A DNA stretch of 60,701 bases from Promethearchaeati archaeon (lineage in GTDB: Archaea; Asgardarchaeota; Heimdallarchaeia; Heimdallarchaeales; Heimdallarchaeaceae): assembly GCA_013166775.1 (NCBI GenBank), contig JABLTJ010000018.1, forward strand, positions 1-60,701, in the 5' to 3' direction. Shown one piece after another: positions 39,732 to 49,766 of this stretch. The first letter of the stretch is position 1. Every line of letters starts with the position of its first letter. The notes beneath the pieces are model-generated. The model did no database searches, was not told the origin of the DNA, and saw only the letters and a program-made list of their open reading frames with translations. A program made the translations under genes and the position numbers.

Positions 39732-41504
39732 CTAAATTGGAATTCCCATAAATACACAAACTATAGCAGCTATAACAAGCAAACCTACCAAAATCCAGCT
39801 TGCTATATCCTTATTTGATCTGAATGTTTGTGTTCTGCTCTCTAATCTCTTTATCATTACGAGTGGTCTAGGAGTTCTTCTGTACCAGCCAATAATATCA
39901 ACCTGATTACCAACTAATTTCTCAATTCTGAAGAGCGCAGTTATCCATCTCATAAATCCAAAAACAGGATTATAATCAAGTGTTATAATTCCTGAAGGAT
40001 CTTGTAGCACAACGTCTTCGCTGAAGTAATACCCAGGCGTACCTCTACCGATGATTGTTCCTTGAAGTCTTATTGGTTTTCCTCGCAACGGTGAAGCTTC
40101 TGCATATCCATCATCAGACACATCTGTAACTGCACCCATTATAGAAATCAAAGGTAAATCAGGATCTAATCTTGGATATTGAACTCTAATCCTCCAAATC
40201 CAGATCAGAGCAGCAAGACCAAAGCCTCCTGCTATTCCAAGCCAAGACTGCAACGTATTTCCATATAGGAAGGTTAATGCTCCTACTCCAGGTAGAATGA
40301 AGATTAATGCTGGTGCGACATACTTTAAGAAAAGATCAACTAAAAATTCATCCCATAGAGTTTCCTTTATCATATCTTGACCGAGTAATGGAAACGCTCT
40401 TTTCTTCCCCATCTCTTCTGACAAATCATCCAAAGCTAGCAACCTCTTAGCTGCTAGAGGGTGAGTAGATTGAAGTTCCAGAAATCCAGCCCAAGGACTT
40501 TCCAAATCCCAAGCTGCTGCTTTTACAACCATCTCTGAATCAACTTCACCAACGGTTGTTTGAGCATATGCTGACATAACTAAATTGCTGGCAGCTTTAA
40601 TGTCAAAGATGTTTAATGATCGAGTTGCATTTGTAAATCCAAGTCTTCTATATTCTCTGGTTCGTGCTCTTCTATCAACAGTTTTATCATTTACTGTAAT
40701 TGCTTGTGCTGCTTGAGTTTGAACCATTCCATAAGCAATCTTAACTAGAGCTGTAGATAATCCCTTTGGATTCTTGGTCTCTTCTCCAGCAAATCTATCC
40801 GCATAATACTCCCTTATTCTACTTAAAAAGAGAACAAGGAATTGACTAATAATATAGAAAAGATATGAAAGCACCATTGTTGCAATAGCAGCAGCTGCTA
40901 TGTATCCAGCACCTTTGCTATCTCCACTGCTCCTTCCTGCTCCACGTAGAAAACCACGAGAGAAGATATAGAAGGTATACAAAATCATAGGCACTGCTGC
41001 TGCAAGTGTCATAAATAAGAAATCGCGATGAGCTATGTGCCCCAATTCATGACCTACGACACCAGTCTGTTCTTCAGGTGTTAATAGGTTAAGTATTCCA
41101 TCTGAAATAACTAATCTAGCATTTTTCTTAAATCGACCATAAGTTAATGCTGTTGGCATCTGATCATGTATCATCCCAACTTTCTTAATTGAAATCCCAT
41201 GTAGTTGGCTCTGATCCGATACAAATTGAGCAAGATGAGGTGGTAGTTGCATTGGATCTATCCAAGTCATTTTGTAAAGCCACCTGAAGTTTAGGTCTAA
41301 TAACCAAGGTGAGATTAGGAATTGCAGAATTACAATTCCAACTGTTATTACAATTGGTAGAAGCACAAATGCTGACATTCCTAGTGCTTCAGTAAAGTCT
41401 CCGACATAATACGCAATAGCAATTACACCCATGACGACCGCATAAACTAAGCCCCATAAAAATGCTAGAGTTAATACTCCTCTAAACATTATCCTTAATT
41501 TCAT
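39732..41504 (-). CDS. M48/HtpX-family membrane zinc metalloprotease with C-terminal extension
   Basis: HELGH, SRIREYYADR, STHP..KRL; multiple TMs. Confidence 0.88.
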   Translation of the reverse strand: MKLRIMFRGVLTLAFLWGLVYAVVMGVIAIAYYVGDFTEALGMSAFVLLPIVITVGIVILQFLISPWLLDLNFRWLYKMTWIDPMQLPPHLAQFVSDQSQLHGISIKKVGMIHDQMPTALTYGRFKKNARLVISDGILNLLTPEEQTGVVGHELGHIAHRDFLFMTLAAAVPMILYTFYIFSRGFLRGAGRSSGDSKGAGYIAAAAIATMVLSYLFYIISQFLVLFLSRIREYYADRFAGEETKNPKGLSTALVKIAYGMVQTQAAQAITVNDKTVDRRARTREYRRLGFTNATRSLNIFDIKAASNLVMSAYAQTTVGEVDSEMVVKAAAWDLESPWAGFLELQSTHPLAAKRLLALDDLSEEMGKKRAFPLLGQDMIKETLWDEFLVDLFLKYVAPALIFILPGVGALTFLYGNTLQSWLGIAGGFGLAALIWIWRIRVQYPRLDPDLPLISIMGAVTDVSDDGYAEASPLRGKPIRLQGTIIGRGTPGYYFSEDVVLQDPSGIITLDYNPVFGFMRWITALFRIEKLVGNQVDIIGWYRRTPRPLVMIKRLESRTQTFRSNKDIASWILVGLLVIAAIVCVFMGIPI

Positions 41505-41580
41505 AAGTATCAAGATAAAAGAGATTCAACTAGTATATATTGCTTTGTTTTTAATGGAAAAAAAAGGAAGAAAAGGGAGA

Positions 41581-43026
41581 TTAATTTCTTTTCTTTCTTA
41601 ATCTGTTAATTGTTGGCAAGCCAAGGAAAGCAATCAATAAAGGTATTATTGCTGTTATTGATTCAGTTGGCTCTTCATCCTCTACTGGATAACTGAAGTC
41701 TGTACTTCGGGTTCCATAGATGTTTGTAAGGATAGAACCTTCAGAAGAGAATCCGCTTTCAATGTCAAGCAAGTCTAGGATAGTTGGTGCAATATCGATT
41801 ATATCCATCCCAGGCACACTGATATTTTGTTTAATCCCAGGTCCAGCTGCAAGAAATATTCCATACATATCTGTATTATTATTCAAGTATCCATGCATGC
41901 CTTCATAACTTCCACCAAAGTTTCTCGATCTTCCTGGATCTAAAAATACAGATATATTTACACCTCTATCCATATGATTCATTCCAATTGCAGAATTAGC
42001 TTCATTTACATAAACAGCTTGAATACCATCTCCACCTCGCAAGTAATCTGCAAATTTTTCTACTTTAGTAACGTTTGTTTCACCTATGAAGTATAGTAGT
42101 TCTAATGCAGCGTCATGAGCAATGTACGGGCTTATTCCAGTTTCTGTTTCTGCATTGATAAAGAATGATTTATCCTCTAAGAAATATTCGTCATCTGAAA
42201 CATCTGCCATACCATGATCTGATGCTAGCACAACTATTGTTTCTTTTAATAAATCTGCTTTTTCCATTTCCTCCAAGAAGTATTGTAATGAACTATCAAC
42301 ACTCTCAATACTATTTTCAACTTGATAGGCATCAGTTCCAAAAGAATGTGCACTAGAATCTGTTCCTGGCATCCATGCAAATACTAAACCTATTTCAGGA
42401 TGACTTTTAATCACGTCTACTGTTTTTTTTGCAACTCCTTTATTAGTTCTAATGTTATTTGCTCCTAAGTAATCATAGTCAAAAACAAATTCTGGTTCTT
42501 TACCTTCGTAAAAAGTTCCTGAATCCACATATGGCCAACCAATAGCCATTGAATCTATACCTTCATCCTCAGCATGGATAATTGCAGGTTCAGTTGTTAG
42601 AAGATGTAATCCTGTATTAGTATCTCGATAAGGATCAGTAGCATCAGAAAATAACGAATATGCTTTATTATCTTCCCAATCATAAAAAGTGTTCCCTAAT
42701 ACACCATGAATATCAGGATGATTTCCTGTAATCATTGATACATGATTTACAGCTGTAACCGAAGGATTAGATGGGACACAATATTCAGCTTTTATTCCCT
42801 GCTCTAAAAACCAATCCAAAGTAGGAGTATCACCTCTTCCAATATAATTATGTCGAAAGGCATCTATGCTAAAAACAACTACTCGTGAAATAGTGTTTGC
42901 CTGAGCAATAGATGGCTCATGATAGTTTTCAATATAGCTCAGAATTGTAGAAGGACAATAAATCACTAAAACCAAGACAAATATCATCAAAATTCCTTTG
43001 TATTTCTTATTTTTCATAGAATTCAC
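41581..43026 (-). CDS. Surface-anchored nucleotide pyrophosphatase/phosphodiesterase (alkaline phosphatase superfamily)
   Basis: SIDAFR, PSVTAVNH..TG..HG, D..H, SDHGM, GMHGY; signal peptide; C-terminal TM + basic tail. Confidence 0.88.
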   Translation of the reverse strand: MNSMKNKKYKGILMIFVLVLVIYCPSTILSYIENYHEPSIAQANTISRVVVFSIDAFRHNYIGRGDTPTLDWFLEQGIKAEYCVPSNPSVTAVNHVSMITGNHPDIHGVLGNTFYDWEDNKAYSLFSDATDPYRDTNTGLHLLTTEPAIIHAEDEGIDSMAIGWPYVDSGTFYEGKEPEFVFDYDYLGANNIRTNKGVAKKTVDVIKSHPEIGLVFAWMPGTDSSAHSFGTDAYQVENSIESVDSSLQYFLEEMEKADLLKETIVVLASDHGMADVSDDEYFLEDKSFFINAETETGISPYIAHDAALELLYFIGETNVTKVEKFADYLRGGDGIQAVYVNEANSAIGMNHMDRGVNISVFLDPGRSRNFGGSYEGMHGYLNNNTDMYGIFLAAGPGIKQNISVPGMDIIDIAPTILDLLDIESGFSSEGSILTNIYGTRSTDFSYPVEDEEPTESITAIIPLLIAFLGLPTINRLRKKRN

Positions 43027-43110
43027 ATTAAGTTTGTCTTACAAGTAATAAAATTTTTCGTGAAATTGAATCCTCTGATATCTTTTGAAAAGTACAGTAT
43101 ATACAAATAA

Positions 43111-43761
43111 CTAAACTATAGCAAATATATCTTCTATCTTCTCAATAACATAAGTTGCTTTTATTTTCTTTCTTCTTGTTCCAGGAGCTCCTTCAGTTCC
43201 TAGATAAGCAAAATCCATTTTTGCATTAATAGCAGTTTCAGCATCTACCCATGAGTCTCCAATAAATATTGTATTCTCTCTTTTTTGATTAAATCTCTTC
43301 ATGATAAAGAATAAACCTTCTGGATTAGGTTTACAATTTTCAACTTCATCTCTAGTAAGTACAAAATCTACATAATTTTCGAGCTCAAATTTCTCTAATG
43401 CGAAATCAGTCAGTTTCCTCGAATTATTAGTGTAAATCACTATTACATGGTTTAGTTCCCTTAGCTTCATTAGAGTCTCATGAGTGTTCTGAGTAAGAAA
43501 TGCTTTTTCATACCCTTTCATTTCATATTCTTCTACTAGAGACCATGCTTTCCTAAAGAGATTACCAGATACATCGTTTTTTTCTATTATTTCTACAAGT
43601 TCTAAAATAGTGTGGACTGTATTTTGAATCCTACTGAATTTGTCTTCTTCAACTAGATTCTTTAAAATTAGTCTTAACTCATCTCTAATGCCTACATAAT
43701 CTATATCTGACTGGATAAGCGTTCCATCGAGATCAAAAACTATCAGTTGTTTTTTTAACAT
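43111..43761 (-). CDS. HAD-superfamily hydrolase
   Basis: FDLDGT, TNN, KPNP, IGDS..D. Confidence 0.9.
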   Translation of the reverse strand: MLKKQLIVFDLDGTLIQSDIDYVGIRDELRLILKNLVEEDKFSRIQNTVHTILELVEIIEKNDVSGNLFRKAWSLVEEYEMKGYEKAFLTQNTHETLMKLRELNHVIVIYTNNSRKLTDFALEKFELENYVDFVLTRDEVENCKPNPEGLFFIMKRFNQKRENTIFIGDSWVDAETAINAKMDFAYLGTEGAPGTRRKKIKATYVIEKIEDIFAIV

Positions 43762-43878
43762 AATATGGTCAAAAGAGGTTAAAATTACATTCTTAATAAT
43801 TTATTGAATGGTCTTTTAGATCATTAATATTATAGGTAATTTTTTATTGGTTTCTTTAATATTTTATATGGTGCTTGT

Positions 43879-45102
43879 TTGACTGTTAAGATACCAGAGT
43901 TTCAATTCATTCATTATGAACCAATTTACACAAACCCAAACGAGATTTATGAGGAATTTTCCACAATTCTACAACAGTTCAAAGAAGTTAGCGATGATGA
44001 TGTAAATTCAAAGGTTCTAGCTTACTTCTACGAGGGGATGCTTTATCTAATCAATGCAGATGTTTATTTCAAGAATAAAGATTATTCACAATCAATCCAA
44101 AACTTTGAGGAAGCTAACAAGCTTATTGTTCGTTCTAGAGCATCTAGGGGGAGAGAAGGAGATAGAATCTTTGATGAAATGATCAAGTGGATTAATTACA
44201 CAGAAGGAATGAAACGAATCTGTGGTAGTTTTGTTGAGCAAGATTTAGATAATCAGTTATCACTTCTGAAGGAAAGCCTGGCATTTCTTGATGAATTTTA
44301 TCAAATAAGAAAGAAAGAGGAGAATTTTATTGATGAGAGAATTGCTCTTTCCAGAACAAATTATTCTAAATATCTTTTCAATAAAAGCTATTCAAGTAAA
44401 TATGCAGATAACACTAAGATATACAAAAAGTATCTTCTCAAAGCAAGAACTGAATTGATGAAAGCGAATTTCTTTTATCAGTCATTAGAAGAAGAACTTG
44501 AAGAATTACAGAATTTAATAGATGAGATAACAAAACAACATATTGTAGTAAGAGCTGAATGGTTCTGGGATAGGGGTACAGAAAATATTGCACTTAGTCA
44601 ATTTACAGAAGCGTTAAGATTCTTTGCCATTGCTTCAAAATATTATGCAAGAGCTAGCGAAATATGTGAAAACTTCATGGAACAGAGGTTGTATCTTGCT
44701 TTATCAAAGATTACTTTAGCAAGTCGCTTCGAAGCTGAAGCTAATGAATTATACAAACGGCAAGATAATCCCGAACAAGCAAGTAAACACTTTCTCAAAG
44801 CTGTTGAGATTGTAGATATTGCGTTAGGTTTTCTAGCAACAATAAAAAATGAGATGCTAATCAATAACATGACAGCACAACGATCATTCTATGAAGGTCT
44901 TGCTCTTGAAACTGAAGGTATCTTCTTTTTTGATCAAGAGAATTTCGAGGAAGCTCTCTCTAAATTTGAGTCATCAATGAAAAAATTTGAAGAAACACAG
45001 AAGAATGCTTCTGAAGGCGGTTTAGAGCAACTCTTAGAATTTATTAGACTAGCAAGAAGCGAAGTAGACGGCTATATTTCCATGGCAAAAACAATGGTTT
45101 GA
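43879..45102 (+). CDS. All-helical TPR/SNAP-like solenoid protein
   Basis: Repeated ASKYYARASEI / ASKHFLKAVEI / ALSKFESS helices. Confidence 0.55.
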   Translation: MTVKIPEFQFIHYEPIYTNPNEIYEEFSTILQQFKEVSDDDVNSKVLAYFYEGMLYLINADVYFKNKDYSQSIQNFEEANKLIVRSRASRGREGDRIFDEMIKWINYTEGMKRICGSFVEQDLDNQLSLLKESLAFLDEFYQIRKKEENFIDERIALSRTNYSKYLFNKSYSSKYADNTKIYKKYLLKARTELMKANFFYQSLEEELEELQNLIDEITKQHIVVRAEWFWDRGTENIALSQFTEALRFFAIASKYYARASEICENFMEQRLYLALSKITLASRFEAEANELYKRQDNPEQASKHFLKAVEIVDIALGFLATIKNEMLINNMTAQRSFYEGLALETEGIFFFDQENFEEALSKFESSMKKFEETQKNASEGGLEQLLEFIRLARSEVDGYISMAKTMV

Positions 45103-45115
45103 TCAGTAAAACATA

Positions 45116-45128
45116 GAAAACCTTAAAC
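45116..45128 (+). promoter_or_regulatory. BRE-TATA-like promoter of candidate sRNA
   Basis: gaaaaccTTAAAc ~25 nt before the stem start at 45150. Confidence 0.5.
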
Positions 45129-45149
45129 TTGTGGTTCAAGATATTTCAT

Positions 45150-45235
45150 TGAAGGATTCGCCCGTGACGAAACAACGGTCTCCGATTCTTCTGAATATGA
45201 ATTGCGATGGGCGAACGACAGAGGCGAATTCTTCA
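45150..45235 (+). ncRNA. Kink-turn / box C/D-like guide sRNA
   Basis: 13-bp terminal stem, 3-nt bulge, box C GTGACGA (45164), D' CCGA (45182), C' ATGAATT (45197), D CAGA (45219); GC-rich island followed by T-tract. Confidence 0.65.
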
Positions 45236-45318
45236 TTTTAATTTTAACATACAAACAGTCTTGATAAAAAAACGTAAGAATTAAAAGAGTTGAGATTTGA
45301 GCACTCGATGAGTTATTC

Positions 45319-47082
45319 TTAGTGAACCTTCTCAATAATTTCTTTTAATTTATAGAACGCTAATCGTTTGTAACCTGTTTGTGCAACAAGACCATATGTA
45401 TTAATCCCTCCAGTGCTATCCTGAAGAGAAACGTAAACAAAACCTTGAACTCTCTCATCATTTACACATATTTCCAAAATTCTTTCAAGAGCACCAGCTT
45501 GTATTCTTTCACCGTACATAACAGGAGAGAGTCCAAACTCTGTTATCCAGAATTCTTTAGTTGAGTTTGTTTGTTGATCTAAATAAAAATTAATCTCATC
45601 CAATTCTCTTCCATGAATGATGAAATAATCAAAACCTACGAAATCAAGAGTACTATTTTCCCATAAAGGTGCAAAGATATTATTTTGCGGATTAAAATCA
45701 TTAAATGATAGCTTGATTCCAATTTTAGTATCATTAGTGAGTGAATGAAGATAGTTTGAAGTATCATTGATAACTGAGACCCAGGTTTCAACAGTCTGAA
45801 GATCTGTAATAAAAGAAGAAGAATAACCAAAAGGTTGTGGGTAAATCAGCAAAAAGTCTGGATTGCATTCTTGGATTAGAGCAACTGATTGATTTTCCAA
45901 AGTTTCTGTAAACTCTGAAAAACTGACATTTTGATAAGTCCATCTGTTCAAACTATAACCATAGGTGGTAAGAAGCACTTTGAAACCATTTACTTTTAAT
46001 TCATCAATAACTTCTTTAAACTCATCCAGACTTGAATCTAATAATTCTTGCCGAACATCAATTTTCACAGTAGAAACTTGTAGTTCTTTTAGATAAATAA
46101 GTTCCTTCTGAAATTCTTCTTGAAACAGTTCATGGTAATCTTTTGATATATTAGTCACAGAATAGGATATTGAATCCAAAGCTGTTCCTATTTCAAAATC
46201 TGTCATTAATGGAAAATTAGGTTGATATTTAGATGAAGTATAATCACTATAAGAGTTCATTACTCCTATACCTTGAAAATTATAAACCAAGAGAAGAATG
46301 ATTAGAAGTACAAAAATCCCTTTTGTTCCTCGTTCTGCAAATTTTATGAAGGATGAGAAAGCAGATTTCTTAGCTGCATCAGCTTCCCTTTCAACATCGT
46401 CTAGAAATGCACTTCCTCTTCTTGGTTTCTCTTCCTTCTTTTCCTTAGATTCTTCCTTAATTTTCTTTTGTTTTTCAATTTTCATTGGAATACAGAGAGG
46501 TATTAAAATGAGAGCAGGATAAGCATAATTTAATTGTCCACTAAATAAAAATGCTTGAAATATTGCATAACCAATAGAAGGTATTGCAATTATCCATTCA
46601 AGAGATTTAGGGAAGAGAATTGCTGTTTCTGAAGCAATTTTGTTGAAGAATAGACAAGAAGTAAAGAAAGCGGTAATAGTTAGTAGAATGTTCATAATTT
46701 TTCTTGACAATTGTGAGTTTCCTATTCCAGCAAAAGAAAGGATAGTTACTGCTAAATTATGGACCAAAATAAGAAGACACCCAACATAGCCTAGAACTGA
46801 AAGATCTCCAAATCCAAAAAAGAAAATTAAGAAACTTCCTACAAAAATTAGAATTCCGGAGATGACATATAGATACATTTTCTCGTATTCTTCATTCTTT
46901 AGAGAAAATTTTACAAATCCTTCATCTTTCTTGAATAAATTAATCGTATTTTGATATAAGAAATTGAAAAGCTCGGTTAAAAAAATAGTTAGTGGTCGAA
47001 TACTAACAATAAAGTTGAATGCTACACTCATGATTGCTAGAACAAAAGCTCCTCCAAAACCTAATACTGACATGTTCTTCAA
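45319..47082 (-). CDS. Multi-TM protein with C-terminal clan GH-A-like glycoside hydrolase barrel
   Basis: ~6 TM segments; DFVGFDY, WITEFG, YGL..GYKR.AFY. Confidence 0.65.
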   Translation of the reverse strand: MKNMSVLGFGGAFVLAIMSVAFNFIVSIRPLTIFLTELFNFLYQNTINLFKKDEGFVKFSLKNEEYEKMYLYVISGILIFVGSFLIFFFGFGDLSVLGYVGCLLILVHNLAVTILSFAGIGNSQLSRKIMNILLTITAFFTSCLFFNKIASETAILFPKSLEWIIAIPSIGYAIFQAFLFSGQLNYAYPALILIPLCIPMKIEKQKKIKEESKEKKEEKPRRGSAFLDDVEREADAAKKSAFSSFIKFAERGTKGIFVLLIILLLVYNFQGIGVMNSYSDYTSSKYQPNFPLMTDFEIGTALDSISYSVTNISKDYHELFQEEFQKELIYLKELQVSTVKIDVRQELLDSSLDEFKEVIDELKVNGFKVLLTTYGYSLNRWTYQNVSFSEFTETLENQSVALIQECNPDFLLIYPQPFGYSSSFITDLQTVETWVSVINDTSNYLHSLTNDTKIGIKLSFNDFNPQNNIFAPLWENSTLDFVGFDYFIIHGRELDEINFYLDQQTNSTKEFWITEFGLSPVMYGERIQAGALERILEICVNDERVQGFVYVSLQDSTGGINTYGLVAQTGYKRLAFYKLKEIIEKVH

Positions 47083-47121
47083 TGTATAGCTTTTGAAGTG
47101 TTTAAATGTCTTACCATTTAA

Positions 47122-47850
47122 TTATATTCTCTCTTGGATAAGAAGGCTATGGAAATCCTTCAATGTACCTTTGAAATCCGGTTTAGTATCTAGGGTAATT
47201 AAATCTTCATTCTCTAATGCGTTTTCAACAAGAAAAGTCTTGAAACCATGTTTTTTTGCGCCCATATCTCTAAGACCATCGTTTCCGATTACTACAGAGG
47301 ATGAAGGATTGACATTAATTTTTTCTAGAATCTCAAACCAATATTTACTATTTAATTTACAGAAACAACTATTTTCTGCATGAGTGATCAAATCAAAAAA
47401 CTTTTGTGGAATCATTCCCCATTCCATACGTTTTTCTATTGCAATGGAGGGATAAACAGGATTAGTTGCTAGTACTACTTTAATATCTGGATATATTCTC
47501 TTTATATCCAGTAAGAGAGGGATTGCTCCATCCATTTGTGTTATTAGTGGTTTGATAGCATTGAAACCAGTTTGATAGAATTGCAGAAATCTATTTGTTA
47601 TTTCATCACAGTTCACTTCAAATTTAGGGCAGAAATCAAGAAGAAAATCATCCAAAGCAGTTGTGTCAGGATTATTGGCTTTTTCCATTACATCAGTTGA
47701 GCTGAGCAATTCCTTGAAGAAAATCTCAGGATTCGGAATCAAATCGATAAAAAATTGTGATGCTGCGCCTAGGTAGGTTTTGATGAATATCTGAAAATCA
47801 AAGTTTATCAAAGTGCCATCTAAATCAAAAAGAAAAGCTTTATATTTCAT
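47122..47850 (-). CDS. HAD-superfamily hydrolase
   Basis: FDLDGT, LATNP, FCK, IGND..D. Confidence 0.88.
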   Translation of the reverse strand: MKYKAFLFDLDGTLINFDFQIFIKTYLGAASQFFIDLIPNPEIFFKELLSSTDVMEKANNPDTTALDDFLLDFCPKFEVNCDEITNRFLQFYQTGFNAIKPLITQMDGAIPLLLDIKRIYPDIKVVLATNPVYPSIAIEKRMEWGMIPQKFFDLITHAENSCFCKLNSKYWFEILEKINVNPSSSVVIGNDGLRDMGAKKHGFKTFLVENALENEDLITLDTKPDFKGTLKDFHSLLIQERI

Positions 47851-47859
47851 TTTACCACG

Positions 47860-48756
47860 TCATGATTGATCTAAGAACTTATACTCAGTATCTAAACAGA
47901 TTCCAATACAGCCAGGCCCAGCATGAGTAACTATTGTCATTCCCACAGGACTAATAGAGATGTTACATTCGATAGGTCTAATTTCTTCTTCAATATATTT
48001 CTTCAAAAGAAGCGCAGAATCGGGATTTTGAGCATGCATAATATAAGCATTAAATTTCTCAGGTTTACCTTTTTTCTCATAGACAGAAAGAAAAGATTCA
48101 ATGACAGCCTTTTCATGTCCTTTTGCCGTTTTAATAACCTCCATCTTACCATCAATGAAGTTGATTACAGGTTTCATATCAATTAATTTTGCAATCCAAT
48201 ATTTTGAACGATTTAATCTTCCTCCTCGATGAAGATACTTCAAATCAGCAACAGTAAAACCAACCTCCAGTGTATCTCTATACTTATCTAATTGGGGGAT
48301 TATTGTTTCAGCTGATTTTTCCTGTTTAGCTAGTTCTGCAGCTTTTAATGCTATCATACCTAGTGCAAAAGTGGCAAATTTCGAGTCATATATATGGATT
48401 TTTGCAGGATTACCATTTTTCTTTTCATACATTCTCTTAGCATTAATTGCTGTATTGTAAGAACCTGAAATGCCTGACGAAATTACTATATTCATTATTT
48501 CATCAGCTTCTTTTCCTAATTTTTCAAACATTTCATATTGGTGTTGTAGTGTTGGATTTGCTGTCTGTGGATAAATCTCAGAAGAGTGAAATTTCTCATA
48601 GTATTCTTCCAGATTCAAATCAACATGTTCATAAAAGATTTCATCACCAAATCTAATAACTGTAGGAACAATTGATAGATCGTATTTTCTGATGAAATCT
48701 TCTGAAATATCTGCAGCACTATCTGTCATTATCTTAACTGCCATGATAGAAACCAA
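47860..48756 (-). CDS. DegV/FakB fatty-acid-binding protein
   Basis: TDSAAD, TANP, ISSGISGSY, YLHRGGR, MKP, THAGPG. Confidence 0.9.
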   Translation of the reverse strand: MVSIMAVKIMTDSAADISEDFIRKYDLSIVPTVIRFGDEIFYEHVDLNLEEYYEKFHSSEIYPQTANPTLQHQYEMFEKLGKEADEIMNIVISSGISGSYNTAINAKRMYEKKNGNPAKIHIYDSKFATFALGMIALKAAELAKQEKSAETIIPQLDKYRDTLEVGFTVADLKYLHRGGRLNRSKYWIAKLIDMKPVINFIDGKMEVIKTAKGHEKAVIESFLSVYEKKGKPEKFNAYIMHAQNPDSALLLKKYIEEEIRPIECNISISPVGMTIVTHAGPGCIGICLDTEYKFLDQS

Positions 48757-48912
48757 ATGTAACTTTATCTTAAATATTTGCTGTTTATATTATGAAAAAT
48801 ATCAGTTAAATTCTTTATATTTTGAAATTCTTCAATCACATAAATATCCCCAAAAGTAATTAAGAAGAGAAAAATACATAAGAGCAAAATATTTAAGTTA
48901 GGTGTTTGAAGC

Positions 48913-49692
48913 ATGTTTAGAAGCTACAAGGAAAAGAATCTTATGACCAAAAAAATCTTCACTACACTAGCAGTTTTCCTTACAATACTGTTGTTTGTAG
49001 GATTACCTATAGCTCAAGCATATAATCAGACTACTGTTGTTACAAGCATTAACAGACGCAGTGATACAATAGACAATATAGGATTCAGTGTAAATGATAC
49101 ACTTCCAGCTCGTCCATTATTATCAATTATTAAAACAATAAACGGTTCAATTTTAAGATCAAATGTCATTCAAGTTCAACCTAATATAACAATTAGAGTT
49201 GATGTAAGTATAAAGAATATCGGAAATAGAACTGCTTATAATCTAACCACTACTGACCCAAATTTCGAAGATTGGGCTCTTACAAGCTTAAATCTAACTA
49301 CTCAGAAATTTGTTAAAGTTGGAATAAACTCAACTATTTACTACTTCTATTACTTCACATCAATCATTGAAGGCAATTTTTCAATAGCAGCAACAACAAT
49401 AGACTATTTTGGAAAAAATGGAACCGAAATAACTGAATACAATGCTAGAACTCAAAGATTCTATATTTTCTCAATTAAAGAGGAAAATGTAGTTATAATT
49501 GAAGGAAGTCTTTGGATTAAGATTCTTTATTATTGTTTGGGAATCAGCTTTGCTTTAGGAGCAATTGTCGCTGTTGATGCAATTATTCTTCGTAGAAAAG
49601 CTGGTAAAACAAAGAAATCAGTCAGAAGAGGACTTGAGTCAACAATAAAAAGCAAAAAGCAGCAAAAACGAAAAGTACAGAAAAGAAGATAA
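48913..49692 (+). CDS. Type I membrane glycoprotein, TRAP-beta (SSR2)/BatD-like Ig fold
   Basis: Signal peptide, LLSIIK..IKNIGNRTAYNL..D..F..EGNFSIAATTIDY, one TM, basic tail. Confidence 0.6.
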   Translation: MFRSYKEKNLMTKKIFTTLAVFLTILLFVGLPIAQAYNQTTVVTSINRRSDTIDNIGFSVNDTLPARPLLSIIKTINGSILRSNVIQVQPNITIRVDVSIKNIGNRTAYNLTTTDPNFEDWALTSLNLTTQKFVKVGINSTIYYFYYFTSIIEGNFSIAATTIDYFGKNGTEITEYNARTQRFYIFSIKEENVVIIEGSLWIKILYYCLGISFALGAIVAVDAIILRRKAGKTKKSVRRGLESTIKSKKQQKRKVQKRR

Positions 49693-49766
49693 AATCTCTT
49701 TTTTACTCTTTGTTCATAAAAGTTCTACAAATCTCACATTTTATATATCATAATTGAGACAAGATT

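Noticed and set aside
45160-45212. Hammerhead ribozyme (CGAAAC..GUC..CUGA) or SECIS element
   Set aside because: No CUGANGA core or stem I; no in-frame TGA gene nearby; K-turn/box C/D model fits better
45123-45335. 70-aa minus-strand ORF
   Set aside because: No protein-like features; overlaps the structured RNA candidate
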